Below the pieces are notes generated by a model. It searched no databases, had not been told where the DNA came from, and worked only from the letters and a program-made list of their open reading frames with translations. Positions 21,505-26,696 of a stretch of DNA of 26,696 bases are shown here, in pieces (positions within the stretch are counted from its first letter, which is position 1; the number at the start of each line of letters is the position of its first letter). This DNA is from Psammoneis japonica (Eukaryota). The translations under genes and the position numbers were made by a program. The DNA lies in NCBI GenBank assembly GCA_008632985.1, contig QPGO01000056.1, positions 186,001-212,696 of the forward strand, read 5' to 3'.

Positions 21505-22841
21505 TCAGAAAACGCACTCGGCGAGAGCTGGCACTTTTTCGGCATCCCCGAATGCTTCTAATGCTTCCATTCGACGATCATACTCAATAAGCTCCTTGAG
21601 CAGCGCAGAAGACGATCGGCGGGTTCCAACAAAGGCTGATCGCGCTCTCGACGCGAGTGCCAAGTCCTGAAAGTACCCTACTCCCGCATACGGACCGTGT
21701 TCCGCCCGCCAGCTCTCTCCTAGATCGTGGTTTGCAATTTGGACAGTGCAATTTCTTTTGTTTCTGAGAAATTGTGATAGCTTCGATAATGTGCACACTC
21801 GATCAGACATGAGAAAGGCTCGACAGAATTCCTGTTTTTCTTCTCGAGCAGCAAGCACTTGATCCAAACAATTCTTTTCATGATCAATCGCACAGCCTTC
21901 ATTGGTGACGTTGGAGTGCCGTGAATGCAAAGAGAGCGAAAATTCCTTTGGATGGTGATACTGATTGGTTTCAAGAATGGCTTTCGTAAATCGAAAACTG
22001 CGTCGAAAGAGCATCCCATACAAAAAATCGGTGCCCAAACTGTACAGAGAAGCAGCTGTCGATCGAGCCCAAAATGTATGCAACAGTTGTTTGCTTTTCC
22101 TTGGCGCCATCCCTAACCTTCCCAACATTTGAGGAAAGGCCACAACAAGATGTTTGTAATCCGCGTCTACTCCAATGCGATTTTCTGGCTTAATGCCGTA
22201 CTTTCTGTTTTCTTTCTCGTCACCATTCCAGTGTGTTGCCCAATGTGAAACCTGATGAGGCCGCCCGGGGAGATTCAGTCGGCGCGAAACGTCCTGGTAT
22301 GAAGGAATCCACCGTGAACGCTCCAAAATATTATCACAGTCTTTGACATGGTTGGCACTAGCACAAATGCCGCTGTCATGATCTTGTCCATACTGTTGAC
22401 AGTTTTGCGTATCCCAATAGTCCCAAAGAAGCGTTCGATTCGTCAGGATGGCCCACAAGAAGCCTGTGCTTAAACAAAAAGATCGACAAAGAATTACTTA
22501 CGACACTATCTTCCTTGCAAACAATAGTTGCATGCTAGGATATACCTACTGTTCATAAAATGATGCAATCGGTTCCCCGCCTGTTGTGGACACGAATAGT
22601 ATGCAACGGCATACAATCGATTTTCGGGCTGCCGTCTAAGACTCTCAACGGAATGCCATTCAATGTATTGTTCTATGACATGCCACGGTTTCTTCCCTGT
22701 CGGAGATGATTTCGCGATTGGTCGATCAGCAGCCGACGCTTTCGCATTCATTTGCATCAAGCTCACGCGAGTCCTCAACATATTCCAGAACTGGACCGCG
22801 AGTAGGAGCAGCAGTCCAAAATACAGCATGTTATTAGCCAT
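21505..22841 (-). CDS. Putative glycosyltransferase (fucosyltransferase-like type II membrane protein), 416 aa; exons 22841-22550 and 22463-21505
   Basis: N-terminal hydrophobic anchor. An 86-nt GTAGGT...CACAG intron gives AGNRLHHFMNSFLWAILTNRTL. SLHSRH, FLMSDR and QDLALASRARSAFVGT..SSS resemble the three conserved motifs of alpha-2/alpha-6/O-fucosyltransferases. The gene model is solid; the function is inferred. Confidence 0.75.
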
Positions 22842-22966
22842 GCTCGCAACACGGTGGCACCACTCTAGCTTGTAGGGATTCTTGACGATACAGGGTTCAG
22901 CTCTTTCTGAAGAAGCGTTTGTCTACCGGTACGTGAAGGTGGAGTGAGGCAGTTTCAAGTTGAAAA

Positions 22967-23452
22967 AGCGGCTATCGCCGCTTTTCTCGTTTATCCTCGG
23001 CGGCGATCTTCAAGCTAGTGTAAATCTAAAGGCCAGTGATCCAAGGTAGGAGTGGAGTGGGCTTTACTAGCACACGAACTTTCCTTCTCCAAACAAAAAA
23101 CCCAGGCTGGACGGCAAGGGCCAGAGGGCGGGAGAGGTGGGAGCGTTTTAATCTATCTAGGGCCCTCCGGGCCGGCTTGCTGTTGTTGTTTCCAAAGGAA
23201 TGAGAGGAAACAAAGCAGCCGGTGAGAGAGGCGGCCAGGAAGTTCGGGAACTTTCAAATGGAATGGGGAATCTCGCCTTGCGGATTGTTCGAGGACAGCG
23301 GCTATCGCCGCTTTTCTCGTTTATCCTCGGCGGCGATCTTCAAGCTAGTGTAAATCTAAAGGCCAGTGATCCAAGGTAGGAGTGGAGTGGGCTTTACTAG
23401 CACACGAACTTTCCTTCTCCAAACAAAAAACCCAGGCTGGACGGCAAGGGCC
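22967..23452 (-). repeat. Split direct repeats: B2 22967-23122, A2 23123-23296, B1 23297-23452
   Basis: Two identical 156-bp copies (agcggctatcgccg...ggacggcaagggcc) offset by 330 bp. Calling the spacer A2 is inferred from Ngaro architecture. Confidence 0.9.
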
Positions 23453-23552
23453 TCCAGCCACCTCCAAATGCACTGCATGAGCTGCGCAGGGCGCAGTGGA
23501 GGCTGTGATAAATTGGGTGGGAGAGGTGGGATCGTCTGGCGGGCTGTGGCGG

Positions 23553-24706
23553 TCAAGGCATGGCAGGAGCAATGGGAACGTCGGCATTCGGATGGAGGAC
23601 GAAGTGGCCACCGGCGAGCATGCGTTGGGCGAAATTGCGCATGACAGGCTCCGCTTGCAGATGGAGGTGTCGGAGCATTTCGTGGACCGCCATCGGCCCA
23701 AGAGACGAATTGTGTCCGTGTCGACTTGGGCACACAGCAATCCCATGGCACCCGCGGCTCGAAGGCAGTGCGCGGAGACATCGGAGGGAAGGAATCCGAG
23801 ATTCTGTGGACCAAGTGCAGTGACGGCAGTGCGGAGGATGGACGTGATGTCAGTGGGACTGACTCGGTGCCAGCGTCCGTTGCAGAAGTAGACTGACAAA
23901 GGTGTGTCAGGCAAAGCGCCAAAGGCGCGCAAGTGAAGTGTTCGGCGTACGGCAGCTTTGACGGGGCAGAGTTGCGGGTGGCCGGAGAGGCCAAGGCCGA
24001 CAACTTCGCCACGAACTCCATTCTTTTGCGCAGTGAAGGTGAGCGTGGTGAAGGTTGCAGCGGCGAGCTGCGCATCTGGGGTGTGGAAGACATCCAAATA
24101 GATGCCACCAGCGGAGAGGCGTACGTCGGCGAGCCAAAAAGGAGCAGTCTCCGAAGGGGTGGCTGTGTGTTCACCAGGATGCAAGAGAAAGAAAAAGGCA
24201 AGGGCGATCATGTCAGCGACAGCATGGGTGCCGGGGTGCTGACTGGCAGCAGCAGCAGCCAAGATCCAATGGAGTGCGGCCACGGGGACAGGTTTTACAC
24301 AGTCGGTGGGCGGATCCTGCTTCTTGCAGCAACGGATCTGGCGGGTAAGACGGAAATCCAAGCCGCCTTGGAGGGTGAGCCGTGGGTCCGGGGCCCCCAT
24401 TGCAGCGAACGTTTGGCCAACCGACCGCAGGGCATCTTCAGCGGTGCGTGCACGGATGGGATTGCCACGTGGGGCGAGGACTCCGACTCGACATCGGTGG
24501 AGGAAGACTTGGAGGAATGAGATGGGGTCTTCGACTTCGACAAGGAGTGGATCGACGGCCAGTGTGTGGCAGAAATTGGCCCAGAGGTTCCAATGGGTGT
24601 CGGCGGCGGAGGCTCGTGAAGGGGTGACTGCGAGGGCAACGGCTCTCTGCGCAGCACCGAGGTCACGAAGGAAATCAGCTTTCGTGGCGGGGTCCACAAG
24701 CGCCAA
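23553..24706 (-). pseudogene. Tyrosine recombinase of the YR retrotransposon, inactivated
   Basis: AFFFLLHPGEH (normally LRPGEY), QKNG.RGE, CPVKA, SAHCLRAAGA and LLGRWRS, then a frameshift near 23683 into EMLRHLH (catalytic Tyr replaced by His), ending at 23553. Confidence 0.9.
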
Positions 24707-26696
24707 GGTTTGGTCTGCGGGTGATGAGCATTAAAATGGTGCAAAAATTCCGTGTTGGTCAGGGATTGTAAACGGGAAGCATCGTCAGCGGCGGTGTTGA
24801 GGGTGCCTTGTAGGAAGTCGTGAATGGTGACGTGACAATGGAATCGTTGATGGCAAGCTTGGTGGCGATGGAACTCGGCACGAAGCTTAGAGGCAGTGGA
24901 GGAACCTTTGCGTTGCCAGAACAAAGCACCTGAACCATCAGTGCGCTGAAGGTTGGTGCGCTCCCGCAGGTCGAAACATTCGGATGCAGCGCATGAATGG
25001 ACGATGCTGCCCACGAGTTCAAGGTCGGTGTTGGTGATCGGGCCGTGAGGATTCTCGTAGGTGGCGAGGTCCTGGGTGACCTGGTTTGGGAAAGGCATGT
25101 GCCAAACAACGGGACCGGGGTTGGTTTGAATGCGGCGGCGTCCGTGTGGACTAAATTTTAGTTTGGTGGCGCGTGGGACGGAGGCTGCGGTGGGTAAGAT
25201 GACACCGCCGGCGCCATGACCGGCCGCATCATGGCAACCATGGACACTCGGGTCCAAGGGGACAAGTTCTTGAATGCGCACCGGGCGTTGTTCGACGCAT
25301 GCNNNNNNNNNNNNNNNNNNNNNNNNNNNNNNNNNNNNNNNNNNNNNNNNNNNNNNNNNNNNNNNNNNNNNNNNNNNNNNNNNNNNNNNNNNNNNNNNNN
25401 NNNNNNNNNNNNNNNNNNNNNNNNNNNNNNNNNNNNNNNNNNNNNNNNNNNNNNNNNNNNNNNNNNNNNNNNNNNNNNNNNNNNNNNNNNNNNNNNNNNN
25501 NNNNNNNNNNNNNNNNNNNNNNNNNNNNNNNNNNNNNNNNNNNNNNNNNNNNNNNNNNNNNNNNNNNNNNNNNNNNNNNNNNNNNNNNNNNNNNNNNNNN
25601 NNNNNNNNNNNNNNNNNNNNNNNNNNNNNNNNNNNNNNNNNNNNNNNNNNNNNNNNNNNNNNNNNNNNNNNNNNNNNNNNNNNNNNNNNNNNNNNNNNNN
25701 NNNNNNNNNNNNNNNNNNNNNNNNNNNNNNNNNNNNNNNNNNNNNNNNNNNNNNNNNNNNNNNNNNNNNNNNNNNNNNNNNNNNNNNNNNNNNNNNNNNN
25801 NNNNNNNNNNNNNNNNNNNNNNNNNNNNNNNNNNNNNNNNNNNNNNNNNNNNNNNNNNNNNNNNNNNNNNNNNNNNNNNNNNNNNNNNNNNNNNNNNNNN
25901 NNNNNNNNNNNNNNNNNNNNNNNNNNNNNNNNNNNNNNNNNNNNNNNNNNNNNNNNNNNNNNNNNNNNNNNNNNNNNNNNNNNNNNNNNNNNNNNNNNNN
26001 NNNNNNNNNNNNNNNNNNNNNNNNNNNNNNNNNNNNNNNNNNNNNNNNNNNNNNNNNNNNNNNNNNNNNNNNNNNNNNNNNNNNNNNNNNNNNNNNNNNN
26101 NNNNNNNNNNNNNNNNNNNNNNNNNNNNNNGAACCCATCGGACATGTCTATTTTCATGAGGTGGACCCGTCCTTTGGCGGGATCGGCAAGGAGAATGCGA
26201 CGCAAGAGTCGATCGAGCGCGCGTCCAAATTGCGTGGCCTCGACCGGTGCGTTAGGCTGTGTGGCGTCGTTGGTGCCAAAATGCGTGTAGTCGACAATTG
26301 GCCGAGGCCGTCGACTGTGTTGTGGGACCACGCCAATGGGGCTAATGCGGAGGCCCGGCAGTTGTCGGACTTCCTCGCACGGGACCACGACCCAGAAACC
26401 CTTGTCCACACAGTCGGACATGTCTTCTCGTAAAAACTCGATGTGTTCGTAGGCGGACTTGTGGGGGCCCCTGTCGACACTAGCGTCGAGTTCCTCAGAG
26501 CTCCATGGTGCGTCGGCAACGGTGATGGGGACTCCGTGATGCTGGCAGTGGCGAAGGATCCGGCGTGCCGGATGATTCTGAATGCGGCGCATCGGGCCCA
26601 AGTCACCTCGTCCACGACGTTGACGCAACAAATGGCTGAGACCGTGCTGACGCAAAATTTTAGTGTCGCGTGTGACACTCTACCTAATTTGTCAGT
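24295..26696 (-). pseudogene. Reverse transcriptase-RNase H ORF of the YR retrotransposon (degenerate, gapped)
   Basis: RT motifs RGPHKSA, LRISPIGVVPQ..RRPRPIVDYT and KIDMSDGF; RNase H motifs GCHDAAGHGAGGV, ITNTDLEL and N.AADDASR. A Ser/Pro-rich tail overlaps the YR ORF by ~410 nt. Confidence 0.88.
25303..26130. other. Assembly gap (828 N)
   Basis: Run of N. Confidence 1.

Larger units (their letters stand above)
22967..26696 (-). mobile_element. Tyrosine-recombinase retrotransposon (DIRS order, Ngaro/PAT-type split direct repeats); 5' part outside the window
   Basis: An RT-RNaseH ORF overlaps a YR ORF, followed by a B1-A2-B2 terminal arrangement. Confidence 0.92.

Noticed and set aside
22967..23452. 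LTR pair, or a hammerhead ribozyme in the repeats
   Set aside because: There are no TG...CA ends or TSD, and both copies are at one end of a YR element. No CTGANGA core was found in the B repeat.
25158..26433. Long ORFs of 286-405 aa across the N run
   Set aside because: Artefacts of translating the assembly gap.

Overview
Compact, intron-containing eukaryotic DNA, most consistent with a diatom or other stramenopile (inferred from short GT-AG introns and from the gene and TE families). It holds three intact spliced host genes: an SPFH/band-7 protein (+, 6651-8488), a PP2C phosphatase (-, 8680-10024) and a fucosyltransferase-like type II membrane protein (-, 21505-22841). There is also one doubtful hypothetical gene. 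Between them lie decayed transposons: a Dada-like DNA transposase with an embedded DEDDy exonuclease (about 1860-4100); a 7.2-kb palindromic nest of three copies of a ~2.2-kb non-autonomous TIR element with CWG target duplications (10120-17348), which contains a young 605-bp TRIM with identical LTRs; an unidentified decayed block (17352-21440); and an Ngaro-type tyrosine-recombinase retrotransposon with split direct repeats (22967 to window end, with an 828-N gap). The strongest unexplained signal is repeat-restricted hypermutation of TpA to TpG or CpA (A>G on either strand), on top of ordinary CpG decay. It is visible site by site between the three element copies, turns conserved Tyr codons of the TE enzymes into Cys or His, and fades or stops next to host genes. 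It resembles a reverse-RIP genome defence. Other points of interest are a Pol III A-box/B-box pair formed only across the TRIM's LTR-PBS junction, self-insertion of the TIR element into its own TIR, and a codon-aligned duplicated C-terminal tail of the SPFH gene that could be alternatively spliced. All counts were made by eye and no database searches were run.
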